DNA of 64,000 bases from Octopus vulgaris (GCA_951406725.2 OX597836.1:35092001-35156000); one strand, 5' to 3'; counted from the stretch's first letter, positions 29,028 through 43,268 are shown. Notes: generated by a model not told the origin, from the sequence alone. A program made the numbers and translations.

Positions 29028-29285
29028 ATGTGTGTATGTATGTATTTGTATATGTGTGTGTGTATATGTATGTGTGCGCGTGTGTGTGTATGTATGTGTA
29101 TGTATACTTGTATATGTATATGCATGAATGTATATATATGTGTGTGTATATGTGTATTATGTATGTATTTATATAGATATGTAATTTATATATATATATG
29201 TATGTATATGCATCTGTCTGTGTGTGTGTATGTGTATATATGTGTATCATTATTGCGTATGTATACATGTATATGTGTATATGTA

Positions 29286-29320
<35 letters not shown>

Positions 29321-29563
29321 GTATAGGTATATATATGTATATATATATATATATGCATACGTATGTGTATGTACATGTATATATGTATGTGTGTATATGT
29401 ATATATGTTTATATATGTGAGTATGTAGTGATATAAGTATATGCATGTGTATATATGTGTGTGTGTGTATATATATATATATATGTATGGGTATGTGTAT
29501 CAGTGTATATGTATATATGTATGTGTGTGTGTATGTATATGTATGTATATGTGTATATATGTA

Positions 29564-29596
<33 letters not shown>

Positions 29597-29659
29597 GTGT
29601 ATATGTGTGTATGTATGTGTATGTGTATGTATGTGTATATATATCTATATATGTATATA

Positions 29660-29701
<42 letters not shown>

Positions 29702-30193
29702 TGCGTGTGTGTATGTATGCATATATGTATGTATGCATGTATATGTGTATGTATATATATGTGTGTAAGTGTGTGCATATATGTATTTGTAAGTATGTGT
29801 GCGCGTATGAGTATGTATGTATGCTTGCACACGTGTATATATATGTGTGTGTGTGTATATATATGGATGCGCGTGCGTGTGTGCACGTGTATGGGTACGC
29901 ATGTATATGTGTATGTGCGTGTATGCGTATACGTGTATGTATGTATGTGTGTGCGTAGATTTGTATATGTATGTGTGAGTGTGTATATATATATATATAT
30001 ATATATACATATATATAGATGGGTGTGTGTATGCGTATAAATGCATGTAAGTATGGATGTATGGATGTATGTATGTATGTATACGTATGTATGTGTGTAT
30101 GTGTGTATGTATATATATATGTGTGTATATATGTTTGTGTATGTATATATATGTGTATGTATGTGTGTGTATATGTATGTGTGTATGTGTATG

Positions 30194-30251
<58 letters not shown>

Positions 30252-31131
30252 TATGTATCTGTATGTAGGAGTATATATGTGTGTGTGTGTATGTATATGT
30301 GTGTATATATATATATATATGTATATTTATTGGTGTATATGTATAGACTAGCCTCCTAAAGTGTAGACACGAATCTGTAGGTACGAGTACGTATGTGTAT
30401 ATACGTGAACGTATGTAGATGTTTGTATGTATGAATATAACGCGTGCGTACGTGTATGTGTATGAGTGTACGAATGGGTGAATGTACGTGCTAATGAGTG
30501 TGCGTGCGGGAATGAGTACTTGCCTTCTAGTAGACAGACAAATGGACATGCAGCCATTGCCAGGATTCTTAGCCCTAGCGATCAAAGATAACAAAAGTAA
30601 TAAATGAAGATAATAAAATTAAAATTAGGGAATGGGCCTGTATTGGATTGTATATATATATATGTATATGTATATTTGTATGTATGTATGTGTGTATGTG
30701 TAGGTATGTATAGGTACACATGTGTATGTGTATGTGTATGTATATATGTGTGTATGTATGTATGTGCACACATGTATATATATGTATGCGTGTATATGTT
30801 TATATATATATATATGTACATAGGTGTATGTGGGTGTATGTATATATAGGTGTAAATATGTGTATATAGGGAACTAGGTGTGTTGTGTGTGCATGAGTGT
30901 ATGTGAGTATGAATATATATTTTTATGTGTATATATGTATGTGTGGTCGTGGGTATATATATATATATATATATACATGTGTGTATGCGTGCATGCATGG
31001 GAGTGAGTGTATGCATATATACGTGTGTGTATGTGTAGACAGGTATAGGCATGTGCATGTGTATAAATTTGTATATGTGGGCGGGTGTATGTATGTATGT
31101 ATGTAGATATGTATGTATGTGTGTACATATG

Positions 31132-31176
<45 letters not shown>

Positions 31177-31564
31177 ATATATATGTGTATGTATGTATGT
31201 GTGTGTAGATACGTATACATGTGTGTATAGGTATAAGTGAGAATCTCCTTATTTACCTATAACTCTATCCCCCCTTTTTTTATATATATATTTTTTTATA
31301 TATATATTTTATATATATATTTTTTTATATATATTTTTTATATTTTTTATTTTTTTTTTTTTTTATTTTATATATTTTTTTATTTTTTTATTTTTTTATT
31401 TTTTATTTTTTTATTTATCTATTCTTTCATCTAACTTACCACTGACTCCTTGACCACTCCCCCAAGTATGATATTTTGCGCTATGCCTACCCCCAAAAAG
31501 TCCCCCACCACCACTCCTTTAAACCTGCCTAAATGTATAAATGCTAATACAATTCTTGTTAAAT

Positions 31565-31615
31565 AGCTTCCTGAAGATTTCTCTTGAATGAAACAGTACT
31601 AGTCCTGTAGAAGCT
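31565..31615 (+). ncRNA. Type I hammerhead ribozyme motif (weak stem II)
   Basis: Stem I AGCUUC/GAAGCU; CUGAAGA; stem II U-UUC-UCUU-GAA-U; GAAA; stem III ACAG-UACUAGUC-CUGU; GUA site at 31607-09. Confidence 0.68.
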
Positions 31616-31808
31616 CCTTCTATATAATAAATTAATTTTACTCTGCTATGTATTGAGTACCTTACTTACTGTGGTTAACCCCGAATCAACCCGGGACCTA
31701 CATATATATATATATATATATATGTGTGTATATAGATATAAGCATATACATATGATTAAAATACTTTGAGCATCAACTGAAATAAAATGTATAAATGCAA
31801 TGACTTAC

Positions 31809-31884
31809 CGTAATGACTCCTCATGTGAGTTGTTAATGAAGATTTCGAAGTAAATGTCTTGGGACATAATGAACATGTGCACAT
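31809..31884 (-). pseudogene. ZNF exon-1-only fragment (p4)
   Basis: Same sequence and same intron-1 breakpoint as p2. Confidence 0.75.
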
Positions 31885-32162
31885 CGTGCTTATATTGTAT
31901 AAGTTGGGATTAAGAAATGGAAAAATTGATGTAGTTTATATGTGTGTGTGTGGTTTGTATAAACTTGTATACCTAATTAGAAATATTAAATGAAATATAA
32001 GTGTGTGTATAATGTAAATCGGTGGAGAGGGAGAGACGAGCTGGACACCTCCCTTTCATAGACCCTTGATAGAAAATAATCCTGTTATCGTCTACTATGT
32101 CTTATCTTCTAAAAAAATATGAATTAATTAAATAATAGAGAGACAGTGAGAGAGATGCAGAG

Positions 32163-32202
<40 letters not shown>

Positions 32203-32779
32203 ACTTCTTTGTGTTGCTGACTAATTTATCGTTCGGCGAGACAACGTAGGCGTTTGTTAGAGGCTGAAGCTGACAAGATATTCTGTGTGGTGATGTTAGG
32301 TGACTCGTCAATGTTCTAACAATACTTAAATTACAAGAACAGTATTCAGACCTTTTGGACGTGTGTTTGGGTGAGTTTTTAATTCGTCGTCTGATACAGA
32401 ACAGTTTCAAAAATAAAACAACTGCGTTACTTCGTTTTTCCCATTTTTTTTTTTATAGAAACGATTGGGATGGGGTGTGATGGTAGTATTTTGTTTCATG
32501 TATGGTGTGAGAAGACTTTGCAATACATTGAATATAGGTCAATTGTAATAAGACCAATGCGCCTTTGGAAGGAGCTTTGCTTGTTTGTGTGTGTGCGTGG
32601 GTGTGTGTGTGTGTGTTGTTATCTCGTCGACTGCCTTTATACGGAAAGGTTTTCAAAAATAAAACTCAACACATGTGCTACATCGTTTGTTTCATGTCTA
32701 TTTTATAGAAACAATTAGGATGATGATTTATAATAATGATGATTTATAAGATACATGATGGGGAGGAAAACGAAGATAA

Positions 32780-33116
32780 GGTTTTCGAACTTTGGCACAA
32801 GGCCAGTAATGTTTGGGGAAGTGGGTTACTTGATATCGTTGACACCACTAATCGACTGGGACTTATCTAATCGGCCCCGAAATGATGAAAGTGAAAGTAA
32901 ACCTCAACGGCATTGATCTGAAATTTTCGGGGAGGGTACTACTCGATTACATTGACCCCCGCTCCCAAGTGTTTCACTGGTGCTTAGTTTATCGAGCTCG
33001 GAGGGATGAAAGGCTAAGTCGACCTCGGTGGAATTTGAACTAAGAAAGTAGCGACGGACGAATTACTGCTAAGCATTTTGCCCGGCGTGCTAAAGATTAT
33101 GCCAGCTCACCGCCTT

Positions 33117-33171
<55 letters not shown>

Positions 33172-33880
33172 TTTCTTTCTACAATAGGCACAAGGCCGGG
33201 AACTGTGGGTGAGGTGGGAAGTCCTAACATCGACCTAAGTGTACAACTGGTATTTAGTTTCTGGTCCCCGTAATGAAGGAAGGCGAAGTGGACCCCTTAC
33301 GGAATTTGGTCCCAGCAGTAAAGAAGCAGGAAAAAAATGATGCCGAGCATCTTGTCCGACGGTTTAACAATTCCAATAGCTCGACGCAGTGACAAGAACA
33401 AGAACAAGAATAACAACAACAACAACAATAATAATAATGATCATGATCATAGTTTCAAATTTTGGCACAAGCCCAGCATTTTCGGGGGTGGCCGTAAGAC
33501 GACTACATCAACCCCAGTGCTCACCTGGTACTTATTTATCGACCCCGAAATGATAAAAAAACAGAGTCGGTACCGATGGAATTTGAACTCAGAACGTTAT
33601 CCGGCGTGCTAATGATTCTGCCATTTCGATAATAAGTATAATACTAATACTAAGGATAATGATAATGTTTACAAGAAGAAAGGCACAAGGCCTGAAATTT
33701 GGGGCTAATGGGCAAATCAATTAAATCATTCCCCAGTGCTCAACTGGTAGTCGACTTATTAACATCGAAAGAATGAAATGCAAAGTCGACCCCGGCGGAA
33801 TTTGAACGCAGATTTTTACAGACGTTTGAAATGCCGTTAAGCATTATGTCCGGCGTGCTAACGATTCTGCCTGCTCTATG
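32780..33880 (-). mobile_element. Cluster of nested/tandem tRNA-derived SINEs (Meta-type central domain)
   Basis: Repeated heads GGCGGTGAGCTGGCA...GTTCAAATTCC and central GTCGACTTAGCCTTTCATCC...TCGATAAA, separated by (AAT)n/(AAC)n. Confidence 0.75.
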
Positions 33881-34121
33881 ATGAGTGCTATCGATAATGA
33901 TGACGATGGTGATGATGACAGTGATGATGATGATGACGATGATAATATTAATAATAATAATAATGCTTTGTTTCTTGGCCACAGGTGCCGAACAATAATA
34001 ATAATAATAATAGTAATAATAATAATAGAAACTAACAGGTTGTCAGTGATGAAAACATTTAACACAACAGCAAACTGTAAGTACTGAAAACATTTAAGGC
34101 ATACTAAGAGGATACTTAAAA

Positions 34122-34632
34122 TTTGAATCGGCACAAAGAAACGGTATGGTGTGGATTGACTTCGGATCGGATTGTGGGTCCTTTCATCATTTGCAATACT
34201 ATGAATACTGAAGGGTACCTCACCATGCTACAAGATGAAATCTGGCCAGTTATCAGTACTTGGGAGAATATTGAAGATTTGATTTTTTATGCAAGATGGC
34301 GCTCCTCCACATTTTACTATTTTTTGTGAATGGCTGAATACCCGCTTCCCTGGGAGATCGATGGTTCCTCGATGTCCGAATGATTGGCCGCCAGAAGCCC
34401 TGATTTAACACTCTGCGACTTCTTTCTTTGGGGTCGGTTAAAGGAGCAAGTCTGCTCTACCAAACCAATGACTTTGGAAGAACTTGAAGGGCAAATACGA
34501 GAAGTTATGTCTTCCATCCCACAAGAGTTCCTAATGAAATCAGTTGATACGGTTCCTGGGCGCTTGAAAAGCTCGGTGGCGAATGCTGATGTTAAGAGCT
34601 TTAAAATAGGGAGTTACATTTCAATCACCCTG
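34122..34632 (+). mobile_element. DD41D-type element, 3' part
   Basis: ORFs 34123-34329 and 34384 onward give VWCGLTSDRIVGPF and [14 protein letters not shown]; ends CACCCTG|TA. Confidence 0.8.
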
Positions 34633-34695
<63 letters not shown>

Positions 34696-34807
34696 ATATA
34701 TATATATATTTATATATATAAATATATATTGATAGATATATATATGTATGTATATATATATATTTACATATATTTATACATATATAAATATATATACATA
34801 TATATAA

Positions 34808-34838
<31 letters not shown>

Positions 34839-34856
34839 TACATATATATGTATATA

Positions 34857-34904
<48 letters not shown>

Positions 34905-35804
34905 TAGATAGATAAATAGTTAAGTGTCTAGCAACAAGTTGCTTCACTACAAACTGAAAATTTCGAAAAAGCAGCCAAAGACAGCCAAATCGTTTTACTA
35001 GAGACATAGTGAAAGGAATTAACTGTCTTCTGCTGCTAATTCTAAATTTTCGGTATGTGGTGAAGCATAATTATATATATAAAAAAAATTTTTGTGCAAG
35101 GTTTTACCGATAATGGTTCTATTTCCATACCGAAATTACTTGGAAAAAATAATTAATTATTAAATTAATAATTCTTTACCCTAAATGGGCAAATAATTAT
35201 GGGATGTAGTCTATTTGTAGTACTACAAAATTTCAAGAAATACACACACACACAGACACACACATCTTATTAGCTTCTTCCTTTCGTTTTCTTTTTAAAG
35301 TAGGTATAGGTGAGATGGTATAGGTGTAGGATTAATAATTCTTTACCCTAAATGGGCAAATAAGTATGGGATGTTGTTTATTTGTAGTACTACAAAATGT
35401 CAAGAATCACACACACCCATATCTTATTAGCTTTTCCCTTTCGTTTTCTTTTTAGAGTAGGTATGGGTGAGATGGTATAGGTGTGGGATAGGTTGCATTT
35501 TAGGGCTGCTATTCACTTCTTAACTCCCACCATCCCCCTAAAATACGCACACGTCTTTTGGCTTCTGTCTTTCTTTCCTTTTTTAAAGTAGGTAATGGTG
35601 AGACGATAAAGGTAGGTATTTTGGGCTGCTATTTTCTGATTATCTCCCACCCACCATCACAAACACACACACATTTCAATAGCTTCTTCTTTACTTTCTG
35701 TCTTTCTTTCTTTATTTTTTTTAAGAAGGTGGGGTTGAGCTTGTATAGGTGCGGGGTACGTAGTTGTCTGGGGCTAGTATTGGCTGCTTAACTCCCAGCC
35801 CCCA

Positions 35805-35835
<31 letters not shown>

Positions 35836-36188
35836 TTACTTCTTTCTCTCACACACACATCCCTATAAGCCCTTACGTTTACACATGTCAGGTACAAATA
35901 ATTCATGTGAGCTATTGGGGACATTTTGGTAGAACTGCGTCGTAATATTTGGACGCGACAATCCATGCGTGACCTTCTTTGTGAGCGATACGATGGGCTT
36001 TTACCTTTAACCATAATACATTTAAAAGTATATGTATTATATCTGTTTTGAAATATAGTATATTTATGTGTAAATATAATATATATTAATTTTGATGAAT
36101 CGTTTATAATTGTTGGAATAAGATTACAGTATTATAATCAAAATAAGCAACAAGAATGACTCCGGTCATGGATATATATATAATTGTG

Positions 36189-36244
<56 letters not shown>

Positions 36245-36320
36245 GTAAGTAAGGCGAAGGATAGATGATATTATACACCTCAATATATACTTATATAGGT
36301 GTCTGTAGTTATATGAAGCT

Positions 36321-36364
<44 letters not shown>

Positions 36365-36446
36365 GTACATACACGTATGTTTATTTATGTATATAGGTAT
36401 AAATATATATATATGTGTATATCTATATCTATATATATGTATTAAA

Positions 36447-36768
36447 AAGACTCCGCCGGTTACGACGACGAGGGTCCCAGCTGATACGATCAACGGAACA
36501 GCTTGCTCGTGAAATTAACGTGCAAATGGCTGAGCATTCCACAGACACGTGTACCCTTAACGTAGTTCTCGGGGAAAATCAGCGTGACACAGAGAGTGAC
36601 AAGGCTGACCTTTTGAAAATACAAGTAAAACTCATTTTTGCCAGCTGAGTGGACTAGAGCAACGTGAAATAAAGTGTCTTGCTCAGGGACACAACGCGTC
36701 GCCGGGAATCGAACTCACAACCTTACGATCATGAGCCGAATGCCCTAACCACTAAGCCACGCGCCCTC
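36447..36768 (-). mobile_element. tRNA-derived CORE-type SINE
   Basis: Pol III A box TGGCTTAGTGG, B box GTTCGATTCC, then CORE-like TGTGTCCCTGAGCAAGACACTT; inserted in a TA tract. Confidence 0.8.
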
Positions 36769-36823
36769 ATATATATGTATAAAGACATAAGCATATACAT
36801 ACATACATATATATATATATATG

Positions 36824-36924
<101 letters not shown>

Positions 36925-37808
36925 TATATAAATGTAAATGTAATTAAGAAAGTAGCAACAAGTTACTTCACCACATATTCGAAAATTTAGAAATAACTGC
37001 CAAAGACAGCTATTTCGTTTCACTAGAGACATAGTGAAAGAAAATAACTGCCTTTCGCTGCTATTCCTAAACTTTTGGTATGTAACGAAGCAACTTGTTG
37101 CTAAACCCTTAATTATATTTATAATTATAAAAAAAAAATATTTTTATACAAATGTTTCCCGATAATGGTTCTTTTTCCATCCCGAAATTACCTGTTAAAA
37201 TTTATTAATTATGAAATTACTAATTCTTTACCCTATATCTGTATATATATATATATACATATATAAATGTGTGCCCGTGAACGATATGTGTGCCGGGTAT
37301 ATATCTATATGCCAGAAAATGGGAGAGGGTAAAAAATAGAAAGAGAAATGCATAGAGAGAGAGACACCCAAAGTCGACATCGAACTTTAGGGACGTTTTA
37401 TGTACCCCAAATCCCGTTTTTACTAGAAGTTAAATGAAATCTTTTCAAATTTCTAAAGGTTGCCTTTGCAGTGTGGGGAGAGGGGAACGGTGTGAGGGCT
37501 GACTGCTGACTTCTCCCCCCACTTCCCACCGCCCGCTCACTTTGTAAAACTCACTTAATCACTACCAAAGGTATGTTTAACAGTTTGAAACTATAAAAAC
37601 GGGTGGTGGAGGCCCATGGTGACCCGCGGCCTAGAAATGCTTCAACCCTCATTCGCACACTTTCAATATATATTAACTACATATTCCGCGAAGGACATAT
37701 TCTCTCCCCCATTCTCACTTATTCTCTCTCTCTTTCCATATATGTATTCTTTTATTCCTTTACATATCTACCTGTCTATGTATGTATGTATGTATGTATG
37801 TATGTATG

Positions 37809-37845
<37 letters not shown>

Positions 37846-38520
37846 CTCTATCTATCTCTTTATCTATCTATCTACCTATCTATCTATCTATCTGTCTGTC
37901 TTTCTGTCTATCTGTCTATGTATCTCTCTGTCTCTATCAATCTTTCTTTCTATCTAGGTAGATATCTATCTGTCTATCTTCATTTCCACCTGTCTATCCA
38001 TACCTGGGGCTATACCGAGGCGAAACCACACGGACTCATGTACACATACACACACACACATTTATTCATATATGTACCTGTATGTACGGGTGTGTGTGTG
38101 TGCACATGTATGTGTGTATTCCTCATTATGTATATGCCTATGTGTGTGTGAGTACACGTTTATCTATGAGATGTAGATTTACGTACATATTTACACACAT
38201 CAATTTTGAGCTTTCAATATTTAGCCAATATAATAGTATCTACACACAGATGTACCTTCATATAGACACTCTTATTCATGACCATGTACTCGCATATCGA
38301 TTTCTAAGAACACCTTTTCTCAATTTTGAAATTCAAGAAAAAAAAGAAAAAAAAGAAAAGAAAAAAAAAACAGACGCCAAATCTTCTTTACTTTAAGTTT
38401 ATTAATGATTGCGTTACATGAAATATATGAAGTTAGTTAGAGTCTCTGAGATGTGGTCTGCAAAGACGCCACGAAATTATGCTTAGTGGAATTTATTTAC
38501 ATCTTACAAATATTCGGAAA

Positions 38521-39569
38521 TTATAAACCAACGGTCATCTGAAAGAGAAAATGGAATTATTGATAAAATATATATGAAAGTATCAGAGTGGAATGTACTA
38601 ATGCCCAAATGAATCTCTATGGCTGGATATCACAAAAATTCATATTTTATAATTGAGACTTATCCCTAATGAATGGAGTGTAGAAACGATCTTTTCAGTA
38701 ATTTGAATATATTAATCAGAATTGAGAAATAAATATAAAGCAATGGGAAAAGGAGCGAAATCTCTTATAAATCAGTCCATATTGACTTAAGAAAATAATT
38801 TCAGATTGGATAATTAAAGCTTCACATAAGAAAACAGAGTGGAAATCGTTAGAATGTCAGCATTTTTCAGCATTTTAACTTCGATTTGTCTGAGCTAAGA
38901 CTCAAAATCTGCAGCTAAACAAGGTAAATTAGGTGAAAACATACCAGAAAGTACTGCCAATGGGCTTCGTGGACTTTTTGCTGCATTGTTTTACTCGGAG
39001 TAGCATCTGTTTCATTACATACTTTAACGTGGTCCCTTGATTTTTGACGCGACGGAAACGTCTTGTGACATCGTCCACATTCGAATGGTTCATCTATAAA
39101 ATGCTTCAGAACATGGTCCTGAAATGTAACGATATTAATTGTTCGTTTCAATGTATTGATAGGTTATACATAAAGAGAAATCAATGAATTTGGAAATATT
39201 AAATACATTCATAGAGTATAAAGTAAAATATAATAATAATATGAATATACATACATTGAAATGACCACGGTGTCTGAAATGTTTATCACAAAGTTTACAG
39301 GTAAACCGAAATTTCTCTTCATGAACAAGCTTGTGGTAGTTTAATGAAGTATTTCGAGTGAATCTCTTCTTACATATGTCGCACTGGTACGGCTTGACGC
39401 CTGTAAAAAGAAAGTAATAATTATCATTATCTGAACATGATTAAAATACTTTGAGCATCAACTGAAATAAAATGTATAAATGCAATGACTTACCGTAATG
39501 ACTCCTCATGTGAGTTGTTAATGAAGATTTCGAAGTAAATGTCTTGGAACATAATGAACATGTGCACAT
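38521..39569 (-). CDS. ZNF copy C (intact-looking)
   Basis: All four exons and splice sites are present and all Zn ligands retained; few substitutions vs copy A (NETD, MQQK). Confidence 0.78.
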
Positions 39570-40239
39570 CGTGCTTATATTGTATAAGTTGGGATTAATA
39601 AATGGAAAAATTGATGTAGTTTATATGTGTGTGTGTGGTTTGTATAATCTTGTATATCTAATTAGAAATATTAAAAGAAATATAAGTGTGTATAATGTAA
39701 ATCGATGGAGATGTGAAAGACAAGAGGGAGATAAACTGGTCACCTTCCTTTCATATACTAAGGTATGAATAGGTAAATAATTAAGGGATGCAGCCTATTT
39801 GTAGTACTACAAATTTTCAAGACACACACACATACACATCTTATTAGCTTCTTTCTTTGTTTCTTTCTTTCTTTTTAAAGTAGATAAAGGTGAGATGGTA
39901 TAAGTGAAGGATAGGTCGCATTTGGGGGCTGCTATTCACTGCTTAACTCCCACCCCTAAACAAACACACACGTCTTTTAGCTTTTGTCTTTCTTTCCTTT
40001 TTTTAAAGAAGGTAATGACGTGGCGGGAAAGGTTTAGGATAGGTAGGTAATTTGGGCTGCTATTTTCTGCTTATCTCCCACCTACCTTCTCAAACACACA
40101 CACATTTCAATAGCTTTATCATTTCTATCTTTCTTTCTTTATTTAAATATTTTAAAAAAGGTAAGTTTCAGCTGGTATAGGTGTGGGGTAGTTAGTTGTT
40201 TGTGGCTAGTATTGGCTGCTTAACTCCCAGTCCCCATCA

Positions 40240-40286
<47 letters not shown>

Positions 40287-40737
40287 TCTCTCTCTCTTTT
40301 ACTTCTTTCTCACACACACACATCCCTATAAGCCCTTACATATACACATGTCTATTAGGGAAATTTTGTTAATACTGCGTCGTAAGCTTTGAACGCAACA
40401 ATCCATGCGTGACCTCTTCTGTGAGCGATACGATGGACTTTTACCTTTAAGCATAATATATTTAAAGGTATATGCATTATATTTGTTTAAATATAACATA
40501 TTTTGGGGTGAATATGAAATAAATTCCTTTAAACGAATCGTTTAAAATTGTTCATATAATATTTTAATATTGGTATACGGAATAAAAAGTAATAACTTAT
40601 ATGCGTGTGCATACACATATATATGTTTGTGTGTTTGTGTGTTTGTAAGGTAGATGGAGAATTGATATTGATTTATATACCTTTATATATACATATCTAT
40701 ATATATTTACATACGCATCTGTAATTATAAGATGTTA

Positions 40738-40785
<48 letters not shown>

Positions 40786-40947
40786 AAACTGTTTATTTAT
40801 GTAGATATGTATATATATATGTACATACAAGCATTTTTATTTCTATATATATGTATACATATGTATAGGTATATATATGTGTGTATATCTATATATATAT
40901 ATGTATACAGATATAAGCATATACATATATACTTATATGTATGTATG

Positions 40948-41046
<99 letters not shown>

Positions 41047-41224
41047 GAGTTTGCGAAGAAAGCAAAAGACGAAGATAGGTGGTGTACAAAACAAAGTGAT
41101 GTATTAGTACAACGCTTAGGAATAGAAAAAGTCTTTTTACGTTCCTACAGAAAGGGGCACAGAAATAGACAAAGAGAGAAAAAAATTTGTGTAGTGGCTA
41201 ACGATCTATCACGGAGGCTATATG

Positions 41225-41360
<136 letters not shown>

Positions 41361-41522
41361 ATATACACACACGTATGTTTATCTATGTAGATATGTATAT
41401 ATATACGTACAAATACGTATGTTTATTTATGTATATATGTATACATATATATATGGACATATATATGTGTGTATATCTATGTATATATATATATGTATAC
41501 AGATATAAGCATATAAATCAAT

Positions 41523-41572
<50 letters not shown>

Positions 41573-41801
41573 CATAATTATGTCCACATATATAAACTTA
41601 TCTATGTATGTCTATAAATATATATGTATATACATTCAAATATATATATATCTGTATACATATATATGTTTTTATATATAACTATATATATATGTATTTT
41701 TTCCTTCTTCCCTTCTTTCCTGAGCGTCCAATAATACTTTATTTGCTCCACATCCTTGCGTTGTTGTTTTTTGTGTTCTTGTTTGGATTAACTATATATA
41801 T

Positions 41802-41975
41802 ATATTGTTATATTTCGGAATGGTCATATTGCTAGTTTAGCCAATAAAAACACACGCACTATATATTTGGTGTTTTTATTGGCTAAACTGGCAATATGAC
41901 CATTCCGAATTATAACAATATGTGTTTCAACACACGACTTCACATAAAAAATCTTGCACAACAAATATTTAAACG
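41802..41975. mobile_element. Short insertion with 52-bp-arm hairpin (second copy inverted at 58789-58912)
   Basis: 41802-41853 pairs with 41870-41921 (one mismatch, one G-U wobble); absent from the paralogous TA tract at ~1310. Confidence 0.7.
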
Positions 41976-42010
<35 letters not shown>

Positions 42011-42013
42011 ATT

Positions 42014-42095
<82 letters not shown>

Positions 42096-42877
42096 GATAT
42101 ATATATACAAAGAGAGTGAGAGAGAGAGAATTAAGTGTGTAGCAACAAGTTGTTTCACCACATACCGAAAATTTAAAAATAGCAGACAAAGTCAGCTAAT
42201 TCGTGTAACTAGAGACATAGTGAATGGAATTAGGTGTCTTCGGCTGCTATTTCTAAAATTTCGGTGTGTGGTGAAGCAACTTGTTGCTAAACCCGTAATT
42301 ATATTTATAATTATGTATAAAAAAAAACTTTTTGTACAAGGTTTTACCGATAAATGTTCTTTTTCCATACCAAAACTACTTGGTAATATTTATTAATTAT
42401 TAAATTAATACTAATTTACTCTAAATAGGCAAATAATTATGGGATGTAATCTATTTGTAGGACTACAAAATTTCAAGACATGCACACACATCTAGATCTG
42501 CTTCTTTCTTTCTTTCTTTCTTTCTTTTCTTTTTAAAGTATATAACGGTGAGTTGGTATAGGTGTAGGATAGGTCGCATTTGGGGGCTGCTATTCACTGC
42601 TTAACTCCCACCCCTCAAACACACACACTTCTGTCTTTCTTTCCTTTTTAAAGAAGGTAATGGTGAGGCGGGAAAGGTGTAAGATAGGTAGGTAATTTAG
42701 GGCTGCTATTTTCTGTTTACATCCCACTTACCATCTCAAACACACACACATTTCAACAGCTTCTTTCTTTCTTTCGTTCTTTCTTTAAGTTTTTAAAGAA
42801 GATGGGGTTGAGCTGGTATAGGTGTGGGGTAGTTAGTTGTTTGTGGCTAGTATTGGCTGCTTAACTCCCAGCCCCCA

Positions 42878-42916
<39 letters not shown>

Positions 42917-43268
42917 TTCTCTCTCTCTTTACTTCTTTCTCACGCTCACATCCCTATAAGCCCTTATTCATATCCACGTACAAATAACTCCTGAAAGCTA
43001 TTAGCGAAATTTTGATAGTAATGCGTCGTAAGCTTTGGACGCAACAATCCATGCGTGACCTCTTCTGTGAGCGATACGATGGACTTTTACCTTTAAGCAT
43101 TATATATTTAAAGGTATATGCATTATATTTATGTTTAAATATAACATATTTTGGGGTAAATATAAAATAAATTCCTTTAAACGAAACGTTTTTAATGGTT
43201 CATATAAGATTTTAATATTGGTATACGGAATAAAAGTTAATAACTTATATGCGTGTGCATACACATAT

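Larger units (their letters stand above)
27301..31700. mobile_element. 4.3 kb fold-back insertion (inverted arms ~1.43 kb), probably derived from a non-autonomous Penelope-like element
   Basis: 27301-28725 is the reverse complement of 30200-31632 (the ORF track shows mirrored ORFs, e.g. 28375+ and 30557-). It interrupts a TA tract that is empty in sibling units at ~21700 and ~24670, and carries hammerhead motifs at the outer ends. Confidence 0.75.
18290..34990 (+). repeat. Four tandem units (basic period ~2.6-3 kb) carrying the ZNF exon-1 fragment and a DD41D fragment
   Basis: Units begin at about 18290, 21165, 24143 and 26762; the last is expanded by the fold-back and extra SINEs. Confidence 0.75.

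Noticed and set aside
27301-31632. Interpretation as a cut-and-paste transposon with long TIRs
   Set aside because: The ends are asymmetric, there is no transposase remnant and no definable TSD in the TA tract; the hammerheads favour a retro-origin, though this is not proven.
36690-36768. tRNA-like sequence with A and B boxes
   Set aside because: It continues into a CORE-like SINE body, so it is a SINE head and not a tRNA gene.
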